Below are positions 1 through 7,187 of a stretch of 28,809 bases of DNA, piece after piece. Positions within the stretch are counted from its first letter, which is position 1. Each line of letters starts with the position of its first letter. A program made the translations under genes and the position numbers. The stretch comes from a virus (lineage: Duplodnaviria > Caudoviricetes). The stretch covers positions 1 through 28,809 of IMG/VR virus record IMGVR_UViG_3300033076_000119; one strand, written 5' to 3'. The notes under the pieces were generated by a model. It was given only the letters and a program-made list of their open reading frames with translations, was not told where the DNA came from and did no database searches.

Positions 1-1058
1 TTGCACCGTGGATCTACAAAGAATGTACGCTCATCCTTTGCGTTGCATAACTTACTATTTACTGCATTTATACCATCTTTCACAGGGTTATGAGCACGTG
101 GGCTCTTTACTGTGAATCCCGCATTGCGGAGGATGGTGTGGTCAGTAACACCGATTTCTGCTGAGGTTTTGCGGGCTGAACCAGCTGAGTCTGGGTAGAC
201 GTAGAAACGAGCCTTGGGGTAGCGAGACTGTAGTTCACTGGCCATTTCTGAAGTATTGCTGGAACGCAAGTGGATCTCGTCAAATGCATGGATTACATTT
301 CCTTCTCTAGTGAATAATACTGCTGACATGTTGTCTACGTTAAAGTCCATGCCCACATAGATTAGGGCAGGGATGGCTCCTTCGTATAATTTAACGTTTA
401 AGTTGCGATCAAAACTGTAATAGATTCTATTTGCGTATTCTTCGAAAGATCCTTCAAATTCTTGTCTGAAGGTCTTTGCATCCAAGTCTTTACGTGCAGC
501 TTCAATTTCTTCCTGCGAAACATTACCGCCTTGAATAGTTGTGTATTGGAAACTTTCCCATTGATGTTCTGTAGGATCAAGTCCTTTCTGATACAGATCA
601 TATGCCCAGTTACGTCCCACCGGTGTAGAAATAAACATGGCATGCCCATTGCGATCGGCTAGTGCTGGACGAATAACATTTGTCCACGCTTCGCTATCAA
701 TAAATGCAAATTCGTCAAAACATGCAAAGTCAATTGATTGACCGCGTAATGAGTCAGGGTTGTCTGCACCACGTAATGCTATCTTGGTACCGTTGCGTAA
801 TATAATTGATAGATCTGTTTCGTTAACTTTTGTTACCCAATTTAAGTCTTGTAACTTATATTTTAAGCCATCCCAGATAACGTTCTTGGCTTGCCTATAG
901 GTAGGGTAAATTCCCCAAACATTGCGATTAGGGTATCTTGCAAATCTAGCCATCTCACGTATAGCTAGATGTGTTTTTCCAAAACGGCGGCCGGCAATTA
1001 CCACACGAAAACGTGCTTCAGACTCAGCAATATTTTGTTGTGGTTTACTTAATGCCAT
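1..1058 (-). CDS. terL: Terminase large subunit, N-terminal part (continues across the circular junction at 28809..28626; 413 aa total)
   Basis: Not in the ORF track; translated manually from ATG 1058: MALSKPQQNIAESEARFRVVIAGRRFGKT (Walker A), LRGADNPDSLRG, FACFDEFAF (Walker B), FISTP, nuclease acidic motif VGMDFN, YPDSAGSARKT. Frame open down to position 1. Confidence 0.97.
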   Translation of the reverse strand, partial: MALSKPQQNIAESEARFRVVIAGRRFGKTHLAIREMARFARYPNRNVWGIYPTYRQAKNVIWDGLKYKLQDLNWVTKVNETDLSIILRNGTKIALRGADNPDSLRGQSIDFACFDEFAFIDSEAWTNVIRPALADRNGHAMFISTPVGRNWAYDLYQKGLDPTEHQWESFQYTTIQGGNVSQEEIEAARKDLDAKTFRQEFEGSFEEYANRIYYSFDRNLNVKLYEGAIPALIYVGMDFNVDNMSAVLFTREGNVIHAFDEIHLRSSNTSEMASELQSRYPKARFYVYPDSAGSARKTSAEIGVTDHTILRNAGFTVKSPRAHNPVKDGINAVNSKLCNAKDERTFFVDPRC

Positions 1059-1522
1059 TAGCGATCATCACTCCATGGAAGGACTTTGTCAGTGTCTGTG
1101 TTAACTGGACTATCACTCATGCCCAACATGTTCTTGGCTAGGAAAATTTGTAATGCTGCATTGCCTTTGAATGCATTGCTTAACATGGCTTGACGTAGTT
1201 TTTGTTTTGTCTCTTCGTAGCCCTTGTCGATGTACTCAGCAAAGTTATACTTCATGGTGCTTTCAGTAACACCAAACCATGTGGCCATTTCTTTAATGGT
1301 GCAGCCTAGACTAGCTAGGTAGTATACTTCATCGGGTGGTACTACTCGTTGATTAGGGGCACGTCCAACAATGAGACCTTGCTTGGTAACTGTGCCCCAC
1401 TTCTGCGCTTGCCGACCCCGAAATTCCCACTTATGTGTGGCCTGTTGTTCAGGAGCAACAGAGTCGATTTCTTGTTCGTCATCCGTGGTAGTTGTAGAGG
1501 CGGTAACAGAATTAGTATTCAT
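1058..1522 (-). CDS. terS: Terminase small subunit (HTH type)
   Basis: Directly upstream of terL with TAATG overlap; HTH-like LASLGCTIKEMATWFGVTESTM and C-terminal LRQAM..AFKGNAALQIFLAKNMLG typical of small terminases. Confidence 0.85.
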   Translation of the reverse strand: MNTNSVTASTTTTDDEQEIDSVAPEQQATHKWEFRGRQAQKWGTVTKQGLIVGRAPNQRVVPPDEVYYLASLGCTIKEMATWFGVTESTMKYNFAEYIDKGYEETKQKLRQAMLSNAFKGNAALQIFLAKNMLGMSDSPVNTDTDKVLPWSDDR

Positions 1523-1534
1523 ATTCTTATTTAG

Positions 1535-1603
1535 TTAGTGTTTGGATGGGGGTATTGTCTTATGGTCATGCTCGTCGTGTGGCACGTATGGGTCTTGTTT
1601 CAT
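1535..1603 (-). CDS. Possible 22-aa micro-ORF MKQDPYVPHDEHDHKTIPPSKH
   Basis: ATGA overlap with the glycosyltransferase stop; fills the gap up to the terS promoter motif. Confidence 0.3.
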   Translation of the reverse strand: MKQDPYVPHDEHDHKTIPPSKH

Positions 1604-2715
1604 AGTTCATACCATCCCGCTCCAGTGTATGTGTCTAGGATATCACTGAAGTAGCTTTCGTAGTGTGGGCGGATGCGATCTAGTGTGAACTGCAATCCGT
1701 GCTCATAACAGTCGCGGTGATTGATGGCACCAGCACGACAGTCAGTGAGTGCAGTAACAAAGTGTCGTAGTGTTCTGCAACGATAGCCAGTCTTGTTTTG
1801 AATGTTGAACTCACCAAATGCACCCCAATCAGGTGAGACGACTGGTGTGCCGCTTAACCACGCTTCAACCATAACGCCACCAAATGGTTCTGAGTAGCGC
1901 GATCCAATGATTAATGAACTGGCATTGCTCAGTAATGTCTTACGTGCTTCAGAATCTGCGTACCCATACTCTGTAACATGGTCGGGTACTTGCGTGTAAC
2001 CAAGATCTCTGAGTGATCCTTGTCCTGCTACAATCAATCGTTGCCCGGCAGCGGCTGTGGCTTCAATGGCAATGTCCACTCCTTTGTTGTAACCAATGCG
2101 TCCCAGGTAGAGTGCATAATCTTCTTTATTTGCATTAAATACAAAGTCACGAGCATCAAATGAATTAGGTATTACTGTGTGATACCAATCTTGACGGCAA
2201 TAATTAACTGAGTTGATGCCCTCACATGCGGCTCGTAGTGTGTAACTTTCATACACCCGCCAACGTGCGAATCCCGAACCATTTCCAATGCCAGGTTCCA
2301 CATTGATTAAGTCAGGATGTGCATCAGCAATGGGCTTTGTGCCTAATCCCCAAAAGTGTAGAACAAAGTCATGTGGTTGTTTACGTTCTGCAATCGCTTT
2401 TACAGTATTTGCACTAAATGTAGAATGTGCATAGTCATCAATGCGATAGTAGTGTGCAAATCCCCGTTCACGCCAGCTTTGATTATCTACGTAATCCGAA
2501 CCATAAGCTGTTCTAAGTGTTGAGTTGTCAGTTACAGTAACGTGATGTATGTTTGGGGCTAGTGTAATTTGGCTGTCTGCATGTCCATAGTGGAATAACT
2601 CATGTTCGGTATTTGCGAACATCTGTAAAAACTTGCGGACCTTTTGTGTAAATGCACATCCATTGTAATCGGGATGCGTGATGGTGTGGGGCAAGCCCAA
2701 AACATGTATTCTCAT
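1600..2715 (-). CDS. Glycosyltransferase, GT-B fold (GT4-like)
   Basis: YLGRIGYNKGVDIAI, EPFGGVMVEAWLSGTPVVSPDWGAFGE (EX7E motif). Start moved to ATG 2715 (MRIHVLGLPHT) because an AAGGA SD and TATAAATA lie just upstream. Confidence 0.92.
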   Translation of the reverse strand: MRIHVLGLPHTITHPDYNGCAFTQKVRKFLQMFANTEHELFHYGHADSQITLAPNIHHVTVTDNSTLRTAYGSDYVDNQSWRERGFAHYYRIDDYAHSTFSANTVKAIAERKQPHDFVLHFWGLGTKPIADAHPDLINVEPGIGNGSGFARWRVYESYTLRAACEGINSVNYCRQDWYHTVIPNSFDARDFVFNANKEDYALYLGRIGYNKGVDIAIEATAAAGQRLIVAGQGSLRDLGYTQVPDHVTEYGYADSEARKTLLSNASSLIIGSRYSEPFGGVMVEAWLSGTPVVSPDWGAFGEFNIQNKTGYRCRTLRHFVTALTDCRAGAINHRDCYEHGLQFTLDRIRPHYESYFSDILDTYTGAGWYEL

Positions 2716-2749
2716 GTGACTATAAATCCTTTTGGTATTTATAGTCACA
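2715..2749 (-). promoter_or_regulatory. T4-type late promoter TATAAATA (2736..2743) inside a 13-bp RBS/AUG-sequestering hairpin
   Basis: Perfect inverted repeat tgtgactataaat (2715-2727) / atttatagtcaca (2737-2749); mRNA UGUGACUAUAAAU-ACCAAAAGG-AUUUAUAGUCACA-UG. Confidence 0.75.
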
Positions 2750-2777
2750 AAAAAGCCCTGCTATAAAAACAGGGCTT
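2749..2777 (-). terminator. Intrinsic terminator
   Basis: AAGCCCTG-N9-CAGGGCTT followed by a T run, right after the 2785..3459 stop. Confidence 0.8.
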
Positions 2778-2784
2778 GTGTGGG

Positions 2785-3459
2785 TTATTTGTTTTCTAAG
2801 TAATAGTAGAGCGTTGGGTTATGACGTTGCCTTGATGCCATGGATCCTTTGGTAATTTTATAAAAGTTTGCAGCTTCTGTTTGACTATTAAAAATACCAT
2901 CTGGTGTAACAAAACGTTTAGAATTTGCTTTACGTGCTGCATTACCGGCATTTGCATATTGCTGTTGTTTTCGTTTTTGTCCAGCGGGACTGTTTGAAAA
3001 ATCATGGGCTTTTTTTGCTTTTCGTTTTCTATACTCTAATTGCTTAGAATTGCAATGATCAATTTTTGCCTGTCTCATTTGATCAATTTCTTTTTCATAA
3101 TTGATATCAAGCAAAGGTCTATAGAATGCCCAATTTTTAAATTTTCTTCTTTCTGATAATTTTATAGATCCATCAGCTGGGAACCATGCCAATGATGCAC
3201 CTTGAATAACTGGAGATTTGAAATATTCCGAACATTCAGCAACACTATTAAATTCATATCTGGTATTAGCAGTATCAACTACTACAACTTTATAACCTCG
3301 GGTTGATCTAAAATGCTCAACCATTTTTTGTTTTTCTTCTAATATAGAAAGACGAAGATGAGTTTTTAATCCTTTTTTAACGCCAGCGTCATCACTGAAC
3401 TCAGAGTCCAGCATCGAGTCCATTGCATCTAAATCACGAAGTGTTTGGGGCTTTTTCAT
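2785..3459 (-). CDS. Putative DNA-binding protein with two NUMOD1/IENR1-like motifs (homing-endonuclease-derived; no nuclease domain recognised)
   Basis: YEFNSVAECSEYFK and FVTPDGIFNSQTEAANFYKI resemble the F.S..EAA HTH motif; Lys-rich linker; visibly AT-rich. Confidence 0.6.
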   Translation of the reverse strand: MKKPQTLRDLDAMDSMLDSEFSDDAGVKKGLKTHLRLSILEEKQKMVEHFRSTRGYKVVVVDTANTRYEFNSVAECSEYFKSPVIQGASLAWFPADGSIKLSERRKFKNWAFYRPLLDINYEKEIDQMRQAKIDHCNSKQLEYRKRKAKKAHDFSNSPAGQKRKQQQYANAGNAARKANSKRFVTPDGIFNSQTEAANFYKITKGSMASRQRHNPTLYYYLENK

Positions 3460-3460
3460 A

Positions 3461-4363
3461 TCACATCAAAAAGTTTTGTTCAAACTCATCAGCAAAGCTA
3501 TCTGGACTATTGTGCAACATAGCTCCGGCTTCTTTAACTGTACGCATACTGTTTGCACTTAGATTGTCCCAGTGCTTGTGGAATGTGTTCAGCAATTGAA
3601 ACATCTGCATTGGTGTAAGTGCGAATCCATCGTCAGCAAACACATTGCTACTCAGCATAACACTACTCATCCAACCCCATGCTTCTTCTGAGTTGATATT
3701 GAAGGCACGCCACTTGCAACGGTCACGAACTGCATGTTCGTCAATGTTGATTTTCTTCTTGCCAATGTCTTGCTTGCTGGCTAGTTGTTTGTTTGTTGTT
3801 ACTGTGAAGCGGCAGTTGTGTAGTGGGATTTCAATGCCAACACCGCCGTTGTCAAAGTGTTTGAGTGCATTGGCCAAATCTAAATCGCCTTGTTTTTCTG
3901 CACGACCAATTTGACTAGACACATTCACATCCCACGAAATTGCAGGCTCGTCATTGTCCAACACAATCTTCATAAAGTCTAAACTGGCCTTATCAGAGAA
4001 GAACACATCACAGTCATCAATCCAAACTGGCACCACTTGTTTGTTCCCAAACAAATACATGGCCTTGGCCATTTTCATCACAAAGCCATTAAGACTTGCA
4101 CGACCGTGATATTTCACATAATCAATTTTGTGGCGGTCTGCAACATTGCGGACTGTAAATGTTTTACCTGCACCCGGGGGGCTCCAGATAATTGTGTTCT
4201 TTTTTGTTTCTGCTTCTTGTGTTACACCAAGTGCGTTTTCTGCATATTTCTCAAGACGTGCTGTGAGTTCAAGTCCATTGTGAATTGCGGACTTTTGTTT
4301 TGCAGTCAAGTAACCGGAATATTCTTCCAGGAACCACTCCAAGTTTGAATTGGGTTTTGCCAT
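3461..4363 (-). CDS. AAA+ ATPase
   Basis: Walker A SPPGAGKT, Walker B VWIDDCD, sensor-1 VTTN, arginine-finger-like AVRDRC; strong SD AAAGGA. Confidence 0.88.
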   Translation of the reverse strand: MAKPNSNLEWFLEEYSGYLTAKQKSAIHNGLELTARLEKYAENALGVTQEAETKKNTIIWSPPGAGKTFTVRNVADRHKIDYVKYHGRASLNGFVMKMAKAMYLFGNKQVVPVWIDDCDVFFSDKASLDFMKIVLDNDEPAISWDVNVSSQIGRAEKQGDLDLANALKHFDNGGVGIEIPLHNCRFTVTTNKQLASKQDIGKKKINIDEHAVRDRCKWRAFNINSEEAWGWMSSVMLSSNVFADDGFALTPMQMFQLLNTFHKHWDNLSANSMRTVKEAGAMLHNSPDSFADEFEQNFLM

Positions 4364-4376
4364 TTGTTTTTCCTTT

Positions 4377-4439
4377 GTGTGTTGCGATAGTGTTATTATA
4401 CAAAAGATCGCCTTTTTGGTGTGTTGCGTAAATGCAACA
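4377..4439 (-). promoter_or_regulatory. Sigma70-like early promoter (TATAAT) with operator-like repeats
   Basis: TCTTTTGTATAATA at 4394..4407 (identical to 6436..6449); palindrome TGTTGC-N6-GCAACA at 4422..4439; direct repeat gtgtgttgcg at 4377-4386 and 4419-4428. Confidence 0.7.
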
Positions 4440-4444
4440 TAAAA

Positions 4445-4654
4445 TTAATACTTTTGTTTGAATATGAGATCAGCCAATTCAATGAATATCCATTCCCACT
4501 CATCCACAGACTCTGGGTCAATCTTTGATTCCACAAAATCTGCCAATTTGCAAATTGCCTCGTGTATTTCTTGCTGACGATCTTGCTCCAAAATAATCAT
4601 GTTGGAGTCATTAAACATTTTAACAATAGATTTCCATTCTTGTTCTGTTGCCAT
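4445..4654 (-). CDS. Small acidic hypothetical protein
   Basis: 69 aa, SD AAGGA, adjacent to the upstream stop. Confidence 0.75.
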   Translation of the reverse strand: MATEQEWKSIVKMFNDSNMIILEQDRQQEIHEAICKLADFVESKIDPESVDEWEWIFIELADLIFKQKY

Positions 4655-4655
4655 T

Positions 4656-4832
4656 TTATTTCCTTTTAAGTTGTGGTTCTCTGCGTAGTATTTCCTGACC
4701 GCATACCAGTTGCAGTCCAGGTTCGTTTTGGTAGTTAAGCACTACCCATTTTAAGTAATCTGTTGGCACGTCTTTTAAATACCAACCTTTGTGTTTTCCC
4801 CACGGGAATCGCATGTATTGATCTGCTTTCAT
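4656..4832 (-). CDS. DUF3820/QSregVF_b-like small protein (58 aa; below ORF-track cutoff)
   Basis: MKADQYMRFPWGKHKGWYLKDVPTDYLKWVVLNY... matches the (M/F)PFGK(H/Y)KG..L.DVP..YL.W pattern; ATGA overlap with the upstream gene. Confidence 0.85.
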   Translation of the reverse strand: MKADQYMRFPWGKHKGWYLKDVPTDYLKWVVLNYQNEPGLQLVCGQEILRREPQLKRK

Positions 4833-5530
4833 AATTGAATACTCTGAGCTCCTTTGGGTTTGAAGTTTCTTACGGGTTCGCTGGATGCCATGTAGAACTT
4901 GCTGTCACTAGTAATGTTAAAGACCCCATCCACGGCCGCATTTTCTAACCAAAATCGATAAAACATCTGTTCGCCATCTGTCCACATAACAATTGCACTC
5001 AAGTTTACCAACTTCATTTTAGAAGCGCCTTCACGTTTATCCAGTCGATAGCAGGCTTTGCCAATCCACTTTGTGTAAGTTAGTTCGTTGTAAAATTCCC
5101 ATGCACTTCCATAAGCGAGATCTGATGCCCAATCCTGGGGCAAGTTTGCATAAAATTCACTGCGCTTGTTTGTAACACGCCATTTGAATTTTTGGAACTT
5201 GCTGTTGCTGTTAAAACTGCAATCCATGTTAATTGCCCAGCGAGTTGGTTGTGTTCCATCATGATCACTGGATTTGGGGTTGAGCAAACTTAGGCGTGCA
5301 TACGAAATAGTGTCCAATTCGATTTCTGGGCGCGATTCCATTATCTCTCTCCTTGACTCCCTACATGAGGGCACCTCATCCTCGACTTTCGCTGAAGGCG
5401 AAAGAGGTGGTAGCACCGCAGGTGCGTCCTGTCTCGAAGAGAGGCCAAGAGGCCCGACCGCCAGGTCGTTCTTACTTCTTACTTCTTTCTTTTTTAATAT
5501 TACTTTTGCAGAATTTTCTTGAGTTGCCAT
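4829..5530 (-). CDS. Orphan protein, 233 aa; candidate replication/origin-associated protein; possible internal start at 5341
   Basis: Strong SD AAAGGA; 5' part overlaps the hairpin cluster; in-frame Met64 (5341) has its own AAGGAG SD. Function is inference only. Confidence 0.7.
   Translation of the reverse strand: MATQENSAKVILKKKEVRSKNDLAVGPLGLSSRQDAPAVLPPLSPSAKVEDEVPSCRESRREIMESRPEIELDTISYARLSLLNPKSSDHDGTQPTRWAINMDCSFNSNSKFQKFKWRVTNKRSEFYANLPQDWASDLAYGSAWEFYNELTYTKWIGKACYRLDKREGASKMKLVNLSAIVMWTDGEQMFYRFWLENAAVDGVFNITSDSKFYMASSEPVRNFKPKGAQSIQL
5365..5468. repeat. Cluster of six consecutive short inverted repeats (DNA mini-hairpins)
   Basis: atgagg-GCA-cctcat; ctttcgc-tGAAg-gcgaaag; gcacc-GCA-ggtgc; tctc-GAA-gaga; ggcc-aaga-ggcc; cgacc-GCCA-ggtcg. 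Confidence 0.85.
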
Positions 5531-5561
5531 TTGTTTTTTCCTTTCTGATATCCTGTATTAA

Positions 5562-5580
5562 TATTTACCTATAATAGCAA
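5562..5580 (-). promoter_or_regulatory. Tandem extended -10 (TGcTATTAT) and TAAATA motif upstream of the 5530 gene
   Basis: Minus strand reads TTGCTATTATAGGTAAATA. Confidence 0.5.
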
Positions 5581-5613
5581 AAAAGCCGTGGAAATGCTAT
5601 CAAAATGAACAAT

Positions 5614-5799
5614 TTATTTGGGCTTGCGGGTAGTGTGCCCGTAGTCTGTAAACCGCTCCAGCAGGCGCTGTTCTGACTCACTACAGACGCCATAAGTGAT
5701 GATTTTCTGCTGAATTCGTGCCACAAGGCGCCGGAAATCTGCCGATGGCTTCTTTACCCCGGGTATTGTGTTATCTAGTGCTGTTGGTCTGTGTTGCAT
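5614..5799 (-). CDS. Small basic hypothetical protein (61 aa)
   Basis: Start reassigned to ATG 5799, which follows TAAATA-N5 and removes the overlap with the upstream gene. Confidence 0.65.
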   Translation of the reverse strand: MQHRPTALDNTIPGVKKPSADFRRLVARIQQKIITYGVCSESEQRLLERFTDYGHTTRKPK

Positions 5800-5803
5800 A
5801 CAC

Positions 5804-6019
5804 TTATTTAGGTTTACGTGTGCTTTTACGAGCAGCCAATTCTGCAATTGCGGTATCCAAGTCTGTGTCCATTTGCTCTAGTGCTATTTCAGCCCGGATA
5901 CGTGCAATTACTCCTGCCAGTTCTTCTGGTGTGTACGTTTCCGACACTTTACGCATTAAAGCCAGCAGATCCTCATTAACTGGCTTTGCTAATAGTGTTT
6001 TTATTAATTCTGGTGTCAC
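5804..6019 (-). CDS. Small helical hypothetical protein
   Basis: 71 aa, GTGA overlap with the upstream gene. Confidence 0.7.
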   Translation of the reverse strand: MTPELIKTLLAKPVNEDLLALMRKVSETYTPEELAGVIARIRAEIALEQMDTDLDTAIAELAARKSTRKPK

Positions 6020-6219
6020 TTCACGTAACCAATTCGTTGATTTGAGTTGTTGTAGATATATGTGCGTCCCGATCCGGCACCACAGTAAGAGGGGCGCTCA
6101 TAGCCTGGAGGGCGCCCAAGTTCTGCTCGCATTTGGCAAGGATCAGCACGATCATACATTGTAGCAATGGAACTGCAACCAGTTAGTAGAACTAGGGAAA
6201 TGAGTATTAGTGTTCGCAT
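6016..6219 (-). CDS. Small lipoprotein
   Basis: Signal peptide II with lipobox: MRTLILISLVLLTG-C. Confidence 0.8.
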   Translation of the reverse strand: MRTLILISLVLLTGCSSIATMYDRADPCQMRAELGRPPGYERPSYCGAGSGRTYIYNNSNQRIGYVK

Positions 6220-6413
6220 TAGATTTTCGCAATCGCAGAATTAAGAATAGAAATGAATGAATAGTATGCCATAACTCCCAAAGCAATACCTAAGACAATA
6301 GTAATCAAAGCTGAAACTGGATTTGCAATTGCATGTTTAATAGTTTGCACAAGAGTGCCCACTAGAGATATGCAGGCTGCAACTACCACAATAAAAATCA
6401 CAAATTCCAACAT
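6219..6413 (-). CDS. Small membrane protein with two predicted TM helices
   Basis: Two hydrophobic stretches; SD AAGGAG. Confidence 0.8.
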   Translation of the reverse strand: MLEFVIFIVVVAACISLVGTLVQTIKHAIANPVSALITIVLGIALGVMAYYSFISILNSAIAKI

Positions 6414-6435
6414 GGCCTTCTCCTTACTATGTGTA

Positions 6436-6465
6436 TATTATACAAAAGAATGTCTTTTACGCCAA
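6436..6465 (-). promoter_or_regulatory. Sigma70-like early promoter
   Basis: TTGGCG-17 nt-TATAAT; shares the 14-mer TCTTTTGTATAATA with 4394..4407. Confidence 0.75.
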
Positions 6466-6493
6466 AAAGAAACCCCGCGCTATGCAGGGTTCC
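6464..6493 (-). terminator. Intrinsic terminator
   Basis: GGAACCCUGC-AUAGC-GCGGGGUUUC followed by U5. Confidence 0.75.
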
Positions 6494-6565
6494 GGAACTG
6501 CACCCAAGAGAGAATGGATTTTGTTAGGGCACAGTTTGTTGTATATATGCCACATAACACAAAAG
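6464..6565 (-). ncRNA. Candidate 3'UTR/small RNA with an anti-RBS loop
   Basis: Stem 6496-6505/6527-6536 encloses a loop containing UCCAUUCUCUCUU, followed by the terminator. Confidence 0.35.
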
Positions 6566-6567
6566 TG

Positions 6568-7050
6568 TTACCTTGCGTAAATCACCATGCCATTGTAATC
6601 ATCGTTGACTATTTCGCCCATCTGCTCCAAATACCAAATGTTTGTGATTGTGTAAATGAACGTTTCAATCAGCGAGTCTGTTAATTCAGTTTCCATTACA
6701 GGCACATCTAGTCTGCGTCCCGGACTCCCAAATACCTGCTGATTGTATGAGGTGATGTTTTCACGTAAGTTAGTCCATGCTAACTCGATTCGTTCCGCAC
6801 GATTGGCGTCTGTTGTGGATGCAACTTCTTCGCGCACCAACTGTGCCAGTGTGTGAAATGTTAAATTGGTCCAACCCGGTGAGGGTTCAAATGAGTCTGA
6901 CAAGTAAATGCCCACTCCGTCCAATAAATTGTCATGATAGTATGCACCAAATGCTGTTACATGACGTTGACTAGGCTTTTGTGGTCGTGGACGTGGCCCA
7001 CGTGCCTTCAACTCCGCAATCTCTGCGCTTCTAATCTTTGCTTGACCCAT
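6568..7050 (-). CDS. Hypothetical protein, 160 aa
   Basis: Long ORF on the coding strand; basic N-terminus MGQAKIR. Confidence 0.8.
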   Translation of the reverse strand: MGQAKIRSAEIAELKARGPRPRPQKPSQRHVTAFGAYYHDNLLDGVGIYLSDSFEPSPGWTNLTFHTLAQLVREEVASTTDANRAERIELAWTNLRENITSYNQQVFGSPGRRLDVPVMETELTDSLIETFIYTITNIWYLEQMGEIVNDDYNGMVIYAR

Positions 7051-7061
7051 CTCAACTTTCT

Positions 7062-7097
7062 AAAAAAAAGCCCAGAGCATATTTCTACACCCTGGGC
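7062..7097 (-). terminator. Strong intrinsic terminator
   Basis: 12-bp stem GCCCAGGGUGUA/UAUGCUCUGGGC with GAAA tetraloop, followed by U8. Confidence 0.85.
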
Positions 7098-7182
7098 ACG
7101 TAACGGAAAAATTATGAAACACACACCTGTTAATTTAGGAAAAAAGTTTGGCAACTAAAAGGAAAACCAACTGGTGTGTAAA
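7062..7182 (-). ncRNA. Candidate late small RNA (~120 nt) with three anti-Shine-Dalgarno segments
   Basis: Bounded by TAAATA (7185-7190) and the terminator; stem 7120-7131/7169-7180; UUUUCCUUUU, UUUUUUCCU and CAUAAUUUUUCCG segments. Confidence 0.55.
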
Positions 7183-7187
7183 AATAT

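Noticed and set aside
107-1104. Short ORFs 107..289, 398..649, 462..662 and 922..1104
   Set aside because: All overlap the terL frame, which the track missed because it crosses the window edge.
3461-4363. ATPase as a DnaC/helicase loader or SF3 helicase
   Set aside because: Motif spacing did not convince me and no adjacent initiator or primase was recognised; cannot be fully excluded without a profile search.
6016-6413. Spanin pair
   Set aside because: Under an early-type promoter, away from the holin-like gene, and the membrane protein lacks a periplasmic coiled coil.
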